Assembly (NCBI GenBank): GCA_903865885.1
Contig: CAIPLJ010000163.1
Coordinates: forward strand, 1 to 35,490
Reading direction: 5' to 3'
DNA from: an uncultured Actinomycetes bacterium
GTDB taxonomy: Bacteria; Actinomycetota; Actinomycetes; Nanopelagicales; Nanopelagicaceae
DNA length: 35,490 nucleotides
Under the pieces are notes generated by a model. It ran no database searches, was not told where the DNA came from, and saw nothing but the letters and a program-made list of their open reading frames with translations. Positions 1 to 9,653 of this stretch are shown piece by piece. Made by a program: the position numbers and the translations under genes. The number at the start of each line of letters is the position of its first letter. Within the stretch, counting starts at the first letter, position 1.

Positions 1-804
1 ATCACTCGCGCCCGAGGCTTCACACAAGATGATGCACATATCTATTGCACCAAAGAGCAGATGGCTGGCGAGCTCGATTCACTTCTGACTTTCGTGCTTA
101 ATCTCTTGCGTGATTATGGTCTTGAAGACTTCTACCTAGAACTTTCTACACGCAACCCCGAAAAATCTGTAGGAATCGATGCGGATTGGGTTGAAGCAAC
201 AGAGGCGCTGCGCAAAGCGGCAGTTGCACAGAATCTAGAACTCGTCCTTGATGAAGGTGGCGCAGCCTTTTACGGTCCAAAGATTTCGGTACAAGCAAAG
301 GACGCAATCGGTCGTACATGGCAGATGTCTACAATCCAAGTTGATTTCCAACTGCCACAACGATTTGAACTTGAATATTCATCAGCCGATGGATCTCGTC
401 AACGACCAGTGATGATTCACCGCGCACTATTTGGTTCGATTGAGCGATTCTTCGGAGTACTGACAGAACATTATTCAGGTGCCTTCCCACCTTGGCTTGC
501 TCCAGTACAAGTAGTTGGAATTCCTGTTGCGGATGCTTTCAGTGACTATCTCAGCGGAGTCATCAAGACGATGAAATCTGCCGGAATCCGTGCTGAGATG
601 GACTTCTCTGATGATCGCATGCAGAAGAAGGTGCGTAATGCTCAGATGCAGAAGATTCCATTTATGGTCATTGCTGGCGAAGAAGATATGAACGCAGGTG
701 CCGTCTCATTCCGCTATCGCAATGGCGAACAGAAGAATGGAATCCCGATTGCCGATGCTATTGCTGAGATTAAGAAGACTGTCGCAGATCGAATTCAGGT
801 ATAG
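1..804 (+). CDS. thrS: Threonine--tRNA ligase, 5'-partial (runs off window start)
   Basis: Frame open from base 1 ([13 protein letters not shown]). Motifs [44 protein letters not shown] and a C-terminal anticodon-binding domain. Confidence 0.98.
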   Translation: MTRARGFTQDDAHIYCTKEQMAGELDSLLTFVLNLLRDYGLEDFYLELSTRNPEKSVGIDADWVEATEALRKAAVAQNLELVLDEGGAAFYGPKISVQAKDAIGRTWQMSTIQVDFQLPQRFELEYSSADGSRQRPVMIHRALFGSIERFFGVLTEHYSGAFPPWLAPVQVVGIPVADAFSDYLSGVIKTMKSAGIRAEMDFSDDRMQKKVRNAQMQKIPFMVIAGEEDMNAGAVSFRYRNGEQKNGIPIADAIAEIKKTVADRIQV

Positions 805-806
805 CA

Positions 807-1331
807 ATGTCTGAGATTGATGGAGCAGGCATGCCAGATGGTTGGCAGCGTTTATGGGCGCCACATCGTTTAGATTATTTACGTGGCGAGAACCGTCCAC
901 TCGATGGCAATGATGTGCAATGCCCATTCTGTCGAATTCCATCGCTGAGTGATCAAGAAGGTTTGGTCGTCGCCCGTGGCAAGAGCGCATTCGTTGTAAT
1001 GAATCTCTATCCATACAACCCAGGACATCTCCTAGTGTGTGCTTACCGACATGTCGCAGACCTGACTGACTTAACTGAGGAAGAACGTCACGAGATTACA
1101 GATATGAGTGCGCATGCGATGAAGGTGATTCGCAAAGTTTCAAATGCGGATGGATTCAATTTAGGTATGAATCAAGGAGCAATCTCAGGTGCTGGAGTCG
1201 CAGATCATATTCACCAACATATTGTTCCGCGTTGGTCGGGTGATGCTAACTTCATGCCAATCATTGGTAAGACGAAGGTCTTGCCACAACTACTTACTAT
1301 GACTCGTGAGGAGTTAGCTGCCGCTTGGTAG
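807..1331 (+). CDS. HIT-family nucleotide hydrolase / Ap4A phosphorylase-like (Rv2613c-type)
   Basis: RLWAPHR, CPFC, NLYPYNPGHL and histidine triad HIHQHIVPRW. Directly after thrS, as is usual in Actinobacteria. Confidence 0.93.
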   Translation: MSEIDGAGMPDGWQRLWAPHRLDYLRGENRPLDGNDVQCPFCRIPSLSDQEGLVVARGKSAFVVMNLYPYNPGHLLVCAYRHVADLTDLTEEERHEITDMSAHAMKVIRKVSNADGFNLGMNQGAISGAGVADHIHQHIVPRWSGDANFMPIIGKTKVLPQLLTMTREELAAAW

Positions 1332-1910
1332 TGAATCAATAAATTCTTGCACGATATCTACACCAATGCCTTTTGCCAAATTGATTGGGATTGCAGGGAA
1401 GATAATTCCAGCCGCAAATGCTCCATCATCCATCTCAGTCATCATCTCGAGATACTCATCGCGGAACTCGCGAACCAACTCCTCATGTTCAGGTTCACTC
1501 GCGCGAAGTGTTATCGGTTTTGTTGAGTAATCAAGAATCTGTAAGTCCTGTAATCGAATGAGTGCTGCAGGTTCTCCCGCATCGTCATGAAGAACAAGGT
1601 AAGGAGTAACGAGTTGATCGAATACACGCGTTGCAACCATGACTGCATCTTCAAAATCCATCTCGTGGCCATCGAGCCCATTGACAACAACTAAACGTGG
1701 AATTTGAAATTCATCGAGTGCGCTCCAGTGCGCAATGGTCTCGTGATCAATTCCAGCAGATGGATTGATAGCAAAGATCGCAAGATCTGATTCGCCTTCT
1801 GGAGTAAGGGCCACCTGGCCGTTAAATGCGGAAGCGACTGCTTGGGGGGAGGCGCTGACGTGTCCATACACATGGATACGTTTCACACGCGAGGAACTAG
1901 GTGAAGACAT
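1314..1910 (-). CDS. Degenerate stand-alone G-domain remnant of EF-G-like protein (EF-G2/FusA2-derived pseudo-GTPase)
   Basis: Segments align by eye to the EF-G G domain (DLAIFAINPSAGID..TIAHW..IPRLVVVNGLD..DF, and C-terminal FPAIP..KGIGVDIVQEFIDSLPS). Lies divergent to pgsA, where Streptomyces-type genomes carry the EF-G-like gene. -10 TAGGCT sits 7 nt upstream of the ATG. Confidence 0.75.
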   Translation of the reverse strand: MSSPSSSRVKRIHVYGHVSASPQAVASAFNGQVALTPEGESDLAIFAINPSAGIDHETIAHWSALDEFQIPRLVVVNGLDGHEMDFEDAVMVATRVFDQLVTPYLVLHDDAGEPAALIRLQDLQILDYSTKPITLRASEPEHEELVREFRDEYLEMMTEMDDGAFAAGIIFPAIPINLAKGIGVDIVQEFIDSLPSGS

Positions 1911-1917
1911 GAGGGTA

Positions 1918-1927
1918 AGCCTACGAT
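1918..1927. promoter_or_regulatory. Overlapping divergent -10 elements (bidirectional leaderless promoter)
   Basis: Minus-strand TAGGCT (1923-1918) is 7 nt before ATG 1910. Plus-strand TACGAT (1922-1927) is 7 nt before ATG 1935. Confidence 0.65.
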
Positions 1928-1934
1928 GGTGCCG

Positions 1935-2537
1935 ATGATTAGTAGCGCACTCAAGCCCGCAGTCACTCGGTTAATTAATCCAGTGGCCCGCTTAGCCATT
2001 CGTATGGGAATTACTCCTGACGCAGTAACAATCTTTGGCGCACTGGGAGTTGTCATTTCATCCGCCTACTTTTTCTCTCGCGAATCATATTTTGTGGGAT
2101 CGGCTGTCGTCTCATTCTTTGTACTCAGCGATCTCTTCGATGGTGCGATGGCTCGGTTATCCGAGCAAGGTGCAAGTCGTTGGGGAGGATTCCTCGACAG
2201 TACGGTCGATCGCATCACAGACTTTGCGATCACCATTGCAATTCTCATCCCATTGATTCGACGCGATGACAAGCTCTCCTATCTCGGCTTAATCACCTTG
2301 GTGACAGGACTCTTGATTCCATATATTCGCGCAAAAGCTGAGAGCTTCTCGATTCCGTGTTCAGTCGGAATAGCTGAAAGAACTGAGCGACTGATCATTA
2401 TTTTGGTTGCCGTAGGACTTCATGGATTGCATGTGCACTTTGCTTTAGCCATTGGATTTTGGATTCTTGCGATTCTGGGAGTCATCACAGTTTTCCAGCG
2501 CATGCGCACTGTCTATGTGGGGTTGAGTAAGAAGTGA
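1935..2537 (+). CDS. pgsA: Phosphatidylinositol phosphate synthase (CDP-alcohol phosphatidyltransferase)
   Basis: TPDAVT and the CDP-alcohol motif SDLFDGAMAR..GGFLDSTVDR, plus YIRAKAES and ERTER. Start set at ATG 1935 from promoter spacing (ORF track start 1926). Confidence 0.93.
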   Translation: MISSALKPAVTRLINPVARLAIRMGITPDAVTIFGALGVVISSAYFFSRESYFVGSAVVSFFVLSDLFDGAMARLSEQGASRWGGFLDSTVDRITDFAITIAILIPLIRRDDKLSYLGLITLVTGLLIPYIRAKAESFSIPCSVGIAERTERLIIILVAVGLHGLHVHFALAIGFWILAILGVITVFQRMRTVYVGLSKK

Positions 2538-3433
2538 TTGAGAAACTTTCATTTCTGGCTTATATGTCGGGCTGGTGGATTGTTCGCTCCTTGCCAGAGT
2601 CTGCAGCCTATGGATTATTCAGAAAGATTGCAGACTTCGTCTATAAACGAGGCGGTAAAAGCGTTCAGCGATTACGGTCAAACTTGGCGAGAGTAAAACC
2701 TGATTTGTCGTCGAAGGATTTGGATGCCTTGGTACATTCTGCGATGCGTTCCTATATGCGCTATTGGTGTGACACCTTTAGAATCCAGAACTGGACCATT
2801 GAGAGAATCCAGAGCACTGTCACGACGACCAATGAAAATCTTCTGATTGATCCGATCAAAAACGGGGAAGGTGTAGTGATTGCTCTTCCGCATTCCGGCA
2901 ATTGGGATCATGCTGGCGCGTACTTCTGCTCACTTGGTATTCCATTGGTAACTGTTGCCGAGCGGCTAAAGCCAGAGGCGCTCTTTCAAAAGTTCTTGCA
3001 GCACCGTGAGTCCATGGGATTTGAAGTTCTTTCACTGGATAACCGCTCCTTTGCAACGCTTATAAAGCGGGCCCGCGAAAAGAGGTTGATTGCACTTGTA
3101 GCCGATCGTGATTTATCGCAATCGGGAATCGATGTGAATTTCTTCAATTATCCGGCCCGGATGCCTGCAGGACCTGCGGTATTAAATCTCAAGACTGGAA
3201 TCGGAATAGTCGCAGCCCATGTTTCATATACGGATACCGGAATTCATGTTGCTTTTGAATCGGTAGATGTTCCAAGCGTGGGAACAGATGAAGAGCGCAT
3301 ACAGAAGTGCGTACAGAACATTGCTGATCTCTTTGAAAAAGGAATTTCTAGAACCCCACAGGATTGGCACATGTTGCAGCGCATCTGGATTGATGGAGAC
3401 TTTGTTGATCGATCAGATAAGTCGGTGGCCTGA
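2534..3433 (+). CDS. patA: Phosphatidylinositol mannoside acyltransferase
   Basis: SYMRYWCDTFR, LPHSGNWD, VAERLKPE, LVADRDLS, MPAGPA and PQDWHMLQRIW. Sits between pgsA and pimA. Confidence 0.92.
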   Translation: MIEKLSFLAYMSGWWIVRSLPESAAYGLFRKIADFVYKRGGKSVQRLRSNLARVKPDLSSKDLDALVHSAMRSYMRYWCDTFRIQNWTIERIQSTVTTTNENLLIDPIKNGEGVVIALPHSGNWDHAGAYFCSLGIPLVTVAERLKPEALFQKFLQHRESMGFEVLSLDNRSFATLIKRAREKRLIALVADRDLSQSGIDVNFFNYPARMPAGPAVLNLKTGIGIVAAHVSYTDTGIHVAFESVDVPSVGTDEERIQKCVQNIADLFEKGISRTPQDWHMLQRIWIDGDFVDRSDKSVA

Positions 3434-4608
3434 TGCCATTATCGAAGAAGAGAATTGGAATCGTCTGCCCATATGGATGGGATACACCCGGGGGAGTGCA
3501 GAGCCACGTTCGCGATCTCGCAGAATATTTAATTAACGAAGGACATTTTGTCTCTGTGTTAGCACCTGCCATCGATGATGAGAATCTGCCTTCCTATGTC
3601 ACCAGCGCAGGTAGGCCGATATCAATTCCCTACAACGGCGCAGTCGCCCGAGTCCTCTTTGGGCCCATTGCATTCTCGCGAGTTCGCCACTGGATTTCAC
3701 AAGGTAATTTCGATGTATTGCATCTGCACGAGCCCGCTATTCCATCTATTTCTCTCCTTGCATGTTGGGCTGCTGAAGGCCCACTCGTAGGAACATTTCA
3801 CGCTGCAGCAAAACGTCAGAAAGTTTCATTTGCTGTTATCCCATTTCTCGAACCTGTCATCGAAAAACTCAATGCACGTATCGCTGTAAGTGAAGCTGCT
3901 CGAGAGACGTTAACTGAACATCTTGATACCGATGCCATAGTCGTTCCTAATGGAATCTATGCATCGCTCTATCGTGATGGGAAGCTAGATGAACGCTGGA
4001 CGGGAAATACGATCGGATTTATTGGGCGCTTTGAGGAACCACGCAAAGGTCTATCAGTATTAATTGACGCACTTCCCGCAATCATTACTGAGATTCCAGA
4101 TATTAAAGTCTTTGTTGCAGGTCCTGGTGATAGTGAAGATGCCCTCAAAGAGATTCAGCCGGCACTTCGTAGCCGATTCACATTTATGGGACGCATTAGC
4201 GAGGAAGAGAAAGCCAACTTCCTGGCATCTGTCGGGCTGTACATTGCGCCAAATACAGGTGGAGAATCATTTGGCATCATCCTTGCTGAAGCGCTTGCAG
4301 CTGGTGCATCCGTTGTCGCAAGTGATATCCCAGCATTCGATTCCCTCTTAGGTCATGGTGAATATGGAACGCTCTTTGAATCGGAAAATCCTCAAGACCT
4401 TGCAGTAAAAGTGGTCGCACTTCTTAAGGATTCTGTCGCACGTAAAGAAATCGCTCAACGCGGCAAGAACTACGCTCAGGCTTTCGATTGGGATGTTGTT
4501 GCCGATAAAATTTATGATGTGTATCAGATGGCAATGGTCGGTGGGAATGGCGTAACGCTCTCTTCTGAAAACCGCGCATGGAATAAATTGCTTGGAAGGC
4601 AGGGTTAA
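3433..4608 (+). CDS. pimA: GT4 phosphatidyl-myo-inositol alpha-mannosyltransferase
   Basis: RIGIVCPY..PGGVQSHV, PYNGAVAR, HLHEP, EPRKG and GGESFGIILAEALAAG. Confidence 0.93.
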   Translation: MPLSKKRIGIVCPYGWDTPGGVQSHVRDLAEYLINEGHFVSVLAPAIDDENLPSYVTSAGRPISIPYNGAVARVLFGPIAFSRVRHWISQGNFDVLHLHEPAIPSISLLACWAAEGPLVGTFHAAAKRQKVSFAVIPFLEPVIEKLNARIAVSEAARETLTEHLDTDAIVVPNGIYASLYRDGKLDERWTGNTIGFIGRFEEPRKGLSVLIDALPAIITEIPDIKVFVAGPGDSEDALKEIQPALRSRFTFMGRISEEEKANFLASVGLYIAPNTGGESFGIILAEALAAGASVVASDIPAFDSLLGHGEYGTLFESENPQDLAVKVVALLKDSVARKEIAQRGKNYAQAFDWDVVADKIYDVYQMAMVGGNGVTLSSENRAWNKLLGRQG

Positions 4609-5108
4609 TGAAATTCATCCTTATTCTCTTCGCCTTCGCACTTGCAGCGTGGTACCTCTCATATTCTGCAACAAGGCTCGATCGCTTGCATCATCGCGTG
4701 GAGACGAGTTGGGCAAATCTAGATGGTCTACTTCAGAGACGAGCTGCCATCGCGATTGAGATTGCGCGCTCAGAGATTTCCGATCCCGCTTCAGCAATGC
4801 TCCTGACATTTGCAGCGCATCAAGCTCGCGAAGCAAGTGTCCGCGATCGTTCGCAAGCTGAGACTGGGTTATCGGGGGCGTTAGGTATTCTGTTAGAGAC
4901 TTCATCACATATATCCGGTGAGATTGAAAAAGATCTCATACGCGAGCTTCGTGAACTCACCGAGAAGATCAAGATGGCAGTAGCGATGCACGTTGATGCA
5001 GTAACACGCACGCAATTGGTCCGCAAGAAATGGATCAACCGAATATTCAGATTAGCGGGAACGGCTCCTGAACCAGTCACTTATGAATTCGAAGGCGATG
5101 TTCTTTAA
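4608..5108 (+). CDS. Conserved membrane-anchored helical protein of the pim operon (LemA-like; resembles the N-terminal part of Rv2609c, no NUDIX domain)
   Basis: N-terminal TM segment, ATRLDRLHHRV..LDGLLQRRA, R..AETGLS and FRLAGTAP. TAATG overlap with pimA. Confidence 0.8.
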   Translation: MKFILILFAFALAAWYLSYSATRLDRLHHRVETSWANLDGLLQRRAAIAIEIARSEISDPASAMLLTFAAHQAREASVRDRSQAETGLSGALGILLETSSHISGEIEKDLIRELRELTEKIKMAVAMHVDAVTRTQLVRKKWINRIFRLAGTAPEPVTYEFEGDVL

Positions 5109-6132
5109 ACGTTTCGCAGTGATAACTGCTGCAGTGGCGTCAGTCTTGATTGTTGTACTTGGATTCTTTTCCCCGGGTTCGAGAATTTCGAAGGCTCTAC
5201 CATTCGTACACACTGCACCGACGAATTCAATCAGTGGTTTACCTGGCGGCGATGGCCCGGTGCTTGTTGTAAAGGTCGATGACACACCAGAAGCGCATCC
5301 ACAGATAGGTCTGGAAGATGCTGACATTGTCTACATCGAACAAGTTGAAGGAGGGCTCACGCGCTTAGCTGCGGTCTTCTCTTCGAAGATACCGCAGAGA
5401 GTTGGACCGGTTAGATCGGCTCGTATCTCAGATATCGATCTCTTTTCCCAATATGGACATGTTGGTTTCGCCTTTAGTGGTGTGCAGAAGAAGATGCGTC
5501 CAGTGATTAACTCTGCCAACCTTCAAGATCTTGGTGCAGAGAATCATTCAGCGAGCATTTATACAAGCGACACAACCCGCATCCCACCGTATGCAATGGT
5601 CTTACGTTCAGATTTGTTGATGCAATTTGTAAAAGATAACAATCTGAGCCTTGATACATCAAAAAATATGGGCTGGAATTTCGGGGATGCACCTACAGGT
5701 GGAGTTGCAATTAGCTCAGTACATCTTTCATGGCCGGCAAATTCATATGATGCACACTGGTCGGATAAAGAAGGACGGTGGCTACTAGATCACGCGCATT
5801 CACCAGACCTTGCTGCAAACGGGATTCAGTTAGGTCCGAAGACTCTAGTAATTCAGATGGTCTCAATTACCGATTCAATCTATAAAGATAAGGTCGGAGG
5901 AGTAACTCCATTCTCTGCCACCGTTGGAACTGGTACTGGATTCATATTGCGCGATGGCAAGTACTTCGCAGCGACCTGGTCGAGACCGGATTCGTCATCC
6001 GGAACGACATGGAAGTCCTCGGATGGAAGTGCTATTTCCTTTGCAAAGGGACAGATATGGGTCGCGCTGACAGATAAAGCGCCAGTTTTCCAGCCAATTC
6101 CTACGGATGCAGCATCGACGAAGGCAAAGTAG
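5098..6132 (+). CDS. DUF3048 (YerB-like) membrane-anchored/exported protein
   Basis: N-terminal hydrophobic anchor, then VVKVDD...PQIGL..ADIVYIEQVEGGLTRL..VGPVRSAR. Start ATG 5098 follows GAAGG (alternative start 5083). Confidence 0.85.
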   Translation: MFFKRFAVITAAVASVLIVVLGFFSPGSRISKALPFVHTAPTNSISGLPGGDGPVLVVKVDDTPEAHPQIGLEDADIVYIEQVEGGLTRLAAVFSSKIPQRVGPVRSARISDIDLFSQYGHVGFAFSGVQKKMRPVINSANLQDLGAENHSASIYTSDTTRIPPYAMVLRSDLLMQFVKDNNLSLDTSKNMGWNFGDAPTGGVAISSVHLSWPANSYDAHWSDKEGRWLLDHAHSPDLAANGIQLGPKTLVIQMVSITDSIYKDKVGGVTPFSATVGTGTGFILRDGKYFAATWSRPDSSSGTTWKSSDGSAISFAKGQIWVALTDKAPVFQPIPTDAASTKAK

Positions 6133-6135
6133 ACT
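6130..6135 (+). promoter_or_regulatory. Putative -10 element TAGACT for pdxST, overlapping the DUF3048 stop codon
   Basis: TANNNT match. Followed by an AAGGAG SD and ATG 6173. Confidence 0.4.
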
Positions 6136-6172
6136 CAGCGCTCTACCATCACCGGTCTCAAGGAGTTGAAAC

Positions 6173-7060
6173 ATGTCTGAAGCAACTGGCACAGCACGCG
6201 TTAAGCGCGGCATGGCTGAAATGCTCAAGGGCGGCACCATTATGGATGTGGTCAATGTTGAACAAGCAAAGATCGCAGAAGATGCAGGTGCATGTGCAGT
6301 AATGGCGCTCGAGCGCGTTCCTGCAGATATTCGCGCACAAGGTGGCGTTGCTCGTATGTCTGATCCTGACATGATTGAAAAGATCCAAGCAGCAGTCTCA
6401 ATCCCAGTGATGGCAAAGGTCCGTATCGGCCACTTTGTTGAGGCTCAAATTATCGAAAGTCTTAACGTCGATTACATCGATGAGTCCGAAGTGCTCACAC
6501 CTGCGGATTACACAAACCATATTGATAAGTGGAAGTTCAAGGTTCCTTTCGTCTGCGGTGCAACAAATCTCGGAGAAGCACTTCGTCGCATCAATGAGGG
6601 TGCAGCAATGATTCGCTCAAAGGGCGAGGCTGGCACTGGCGATGTCTCTAACGCGATGATGCATATGCGCACAATTGGTGCAGAGATTCGTCGCCTTACT
6701 TCAATGCGCGAAGATGAACTTTACGTTGCAGCGAAAGAGCTTCAGGCGCCGTATGCACTTGTGAAGGAAGTTGCGGAGACTGGCAAGCTTCCCGTTGTTC
6801 TCTTCACAGCAGGTGGAATCGCAACTCCAGCCGATGCTGCCCTGATGATGCAGATGGGGGCAGATGGAGTCTTCATTGGCTCAGGTATTTTCAAATCTGG
6901 AAACCCAGCACAGCGTGCTGCTGCCTGCGTTAAGGCGACCACCTTCTTTAACGATGCAAAGGTCTTGGCTGAAGTATCGCGTGGACTTGGTGAAGCGATG
7001 GTTGGAATCAACGTTGCAGATATTCCTGTGCCTCATCGCCTTGCTGATCGCGGTTGGTAA
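6173..7060 (+). CDS. pdxS: Pyridoxal 5'-phosphate synthase lyase subunit
   Basis: [44 protein letters not shown] and [11 protein letters not shown]. Confidence 0.98.
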   Translation: MSEATGTARVKRGMAEMLKGGTIMDVVNVEQAKIAEDAGACAVMALERVPADIRAQGGVARMSDPDMIEKIQAAVSIPVMAKVRIGHFVEAQIIESLNVDYIDESEVLTPADYTNHIDKWKFKVPFVCGATNLGEALRRINEGAAMIRSKGEAGTGDVSNAMMHMRTIGAEIRRLTSMREDELYVAAKELQAPYALVKEVAETGKLPVVLFTAGGIATPADAALMMQMGADGVFIGSGIFKSGNPAQRAAACVKATTFFNDAKVLAEVSRGLGEAMVGINVADIPVPHRLADRGW

Positions 7061-7085
7061 TTCGTAATATATTTGCGAAGAGCAT

Positions 7086-7658
7086 ATGAAAGTCGGAGTA
7101 CTAGCGTTACAAGGTGATTTCCGAGAACATCTTGCCCTTGCTACGCAATGCGGACACGAAGGTATTTCTGTTCGCACGGTCGACGAACTCAATGCCGTAG
7201 ATGCACTTATTCTTCCTGGGGGAGAATCCACAACGATTATTAAGTTGGCGCAATCTTTCGGTCTACTCGAACCCATCCGCGAACGCATTGGATCCGGACT
7301 TCCTGTCTATGGATCCTGTGCGGGAATGATTTTGCTCGCAGACCGAATAGAAGATGGAATCGTTGGACAGCAAACCTTCGGCGGAATTGATATGACCGTG
7401 CGCAGAAATGCCTTTGGCCGCCAAGTAGATTCCTTTGAATCAGATATCACTTTCAATGGAACTCAATTGCACGCAATCTTTATCCGCGCACCGTGGGTGG
7501 AAGAAGTAGGCGATGGGGTAGTGGTTCTCTCGAAAGCCGCCGGCCACCCTGTCGCAGTTCGACAAGGAAATCTTCTGGCAACGAGCTTTCACCCCGAATT
7601 GACCGATGATCATGCGGTCCATAGCTACTTTTTTGATGAGATCTGTAAAGGCCGATAA
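7086..7658 (+). CDS. pdxT: Pyridoxal 5'-phosphate synthase glutaminase subunit
   Basis: [40 protein letters not shown] and FHPE. Confidence 0.97.
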   Translation: MKVGVLALQGDFREHLALATQCGHEGISVRTVDELNAVDALILPGGESTTIIKLAQSFGLLEPIRERIGSGLPVYGSCAGMILLADRIEDGIVGQQTFGGIDMTVRRNAFGRQVDSFESDITFNGTQLHAIFIRAPWVEEVGDGVVVLSKAAGHPVAVRQGNLLATSFHPELTDDHAVHSYFFDEICKGR

Positions 7659-7707
7659 AGTACGACCCTATTAATTTTTTCAAGCGCTATTCGATTGAGG
7701 AGTTCCA

Positions 7708-8460
7708 ATGTCAGGCCATTCCAAATGGGCAACAACTAAGCATAAGAAGGCTGTCATCGATAGCCGTCGTGCGAAGAACTTTGCAAAGCTCATTAAGGCG
7801 ATTGAAGTCGCATCGCGTAATGGTGGACCTGATGTGGATGGCAACCCAACGCTCTTTGATGCAATTGCAAAGGCGAAGAAGAATTCAATGCCAGCAGATA
7901 ATATTGAACGCGCGGTAAAGCGTGGAGCGGGCCTTGAATCTGGTGGATCTGATTGGCAGACAATCATGTACGAGGGATACGGTCCTAATGGTGTTGCAAT
8001 CATGATCGAATGTCTTTCAGATAATCGCAATCGCGCTGCTTCTGAAGTTCGCGTTGCAGTCACTCGCAATGGTGGAACGATGGCAGATCCTGGCTCTGTC
8101 TCATATCTCTTCAATCGTAAAGGCGTCATCATCGTCAATAAGGCAATCGGTGCAACCGAGGATTCAATCCTTGAAGCAGCGCTCGATGCCGGCGTAGAAG
8201 AAGTAAATGATCTAGGCGAATCTTTCGAAGTAGTCTGCGAAGCAAGTGACTTGGTGGCGGCGCGAACTGCGCTTCAAACTGCTGGTATTGACTACGAATC
8301 TGCTGACTCGTCATTCTTGCCATCGATGCAGATTCCGCTGGATGCAGAGGGTGCCCAGAAAGTCTTCGAACTCATTGACGCTATTGAAGAGCTTGATGAT
8401 GTGCAGAATGTGTACTCGAATTTTGATGTCTCTGACGAAGTTATGGCGAGCCTTTCCTAA
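7708..8460 (+). CDS. yebC: YebC/PmpR family protein
   Basis: [27 protein letters not shown] and [17 protein letters not shown]. Canonical position before ruvC. Confidence 0.96.
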   Translation: MSGHSKWATTKHKKAVIDSRRAKNFAKLIKAIEVASRNGGPDVDGNPTLFDAIAKAKKNSMPADNIERAVKRGAGLESGGSDWQTIMYEGYGPNGVAIMIECLSDNRNRAASEVRVAVTRNGGTMADPGSVSYLFNRKGVIIVNKAIGATEDSILEAALDAGVEEVNDLGESFEVVCEASDLVAARTALQTAGIDYESADSSFLPSMQIPLDAEGAQKVFELIDAIEELDDVQNVYSNFDVSDEVMASLS

Positions 8461-8493
8461 GCTTCTTATGTAGAAGTCCTAGGCTTAGAAGTT

Positions 8494-9048
8494 ATGAGCC
8501 ACCCACAGCGCCGCGTACTAGGAGTAGATCCTGGGCTCACTCGTTGTGGCATCGGAGTCGTTGAAGGATCGATTGGTAAACCTCTCTCCCTCGTGGCAGT
8601 CGGTGTAATCCTCACATCTGCTGATTTGCCGTTAGAGCAGAGATTGCTCCAACTTGAATCCGAGCTAGAAGAATGGGTTAGTGCTCATTCACCTGATGTC
8701 ATGGCGGTCGAACGCGTCTTTTCTCAACACAATGTGCGCACAGTTATGGGTACCGGCCAAGCTGCAGGTATTGCACTCCTTGTTGCAGCGCGCAGAGGAA
8801 TTCCAGTGATGATGCATACGCCATCGGAAGTAAAGGCAGCTGTTACAGGTTCAGGGCGTGCCAATAAAGTACAAGTCGCCGAGATGGTGAAAAGGTTATT
8901 GAATTTGGAAGTGATACCAAAGCCTGTTGATAGCACCGATGCGCTTGCACTTGCGATCTGTCACATCTGGCGCGGTGGTGGCAATGCAAAGATTGAAGAA
9001 GCTCTTAAAGCTGAGAAATCACGGCTTGCAAAGTTGGTGAAGAAATGA
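8494..9048 (+). CDS. ruvC: Holliday junction endonuclease RuvC
   Basis: [32 protein letters not shown] and DALALAICH. Confidence 0.97.
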   Translation: MSHPQRRVLGVDPGLTRCGIGVVEGSIGKPLSLVAVGVILTSADLPLEQRLLQLESELEEWVSAHSPDVMAVERVFSQHNVRTVMGTGQAAGIALLVAARRGIPVMMHTPSEVKAAVTGSGRANKVQVAEMVKRLLNLEVIPKPVDSTDALALAICHIWRGGGNAKIEEALKAEKSRLAKLVKK

Positions 9049-9653
9049 TTTCACTTCTCAACGGCATGGTGCGTTCAATCCAGACAGATAAAGCGGTCGT
9101 TGAAGTTGGTGGTGTTGGCTTAAGTGTTTCAATTACCAATCACACCAGCGCTCAACTTAACTTAGGCGCACCCGTTCAACTCTTTACATCACTTGTTGTG
9201 CGCGAAGATTCACTCACGCTCTTTGGTTTTCTCGATGAGGAAAGTCGCTCTACATTTGAACTCGTGCAGACAGTCTCTGGTATTGGCCCCAAGGTGGCGC
9301 TAGCCATTATGGGCGCACATTCACCACAGTCTTTAGCCCTGGCAATTACTCAAGAAGATATCAAGGGAATTGAGAAAGTACCTGGCATCGGGCGCAAGGG
9401 CGCGCAACGTCTGATTCTTGAACTCAAAGGCAAGATTTCAGATTTTGGCACCTCAGATCACGAACGTACGCACCAACCTGTCTGGCGCGAACAACTGACA
9501 TCTGCACTCGTATCGTTAGGTTTCACTGCAAAGGATTCCGACGTTGCCATCAATAAGGTTCTCGCTGAGTATGCAGAAGAAGGTGTAGATCCTTCATCAT
9601 CGGATCTCTCTGATCTTCTCAAGCGCACACTGCAAACTGGGCGGCGTAGCTAA
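9045..9653 (+). CDS. ruvA: Holliday junction branch migration protein RuvA
   Basis: [20 protein letters not shown], HhH motifs VSGIGPK and VPGIGRKGA, and ALVSLGF. Confidence 0.97.
   Translation: MISLLNGMVRSIQTDKAVVEVGGVGLSVSITNHTSAQLNLGAPVQLFTSLVVREDSLTLFGFLDEESRSTFELVQTVSGIGPKVALAIMGAHSPQSLALAITQEDIKGIEKVPGIGRKGAQRLILELKGKISDFGTSDHERTHQPVWREQLTSALVSLGFTAKDSDVAINKVLAEYAEEGVDPSSSDLSDLLKRTLQTGRRS

Noticed and set aside
8455-8493. Inverted repeats in the yebC-ruvC spacer as a terminator or LexA (SOS) box
   Set aside because: Stems are short with no U-tract, and there is no match to the actinobacterial TCGAAC-N4-GTTCGA box.
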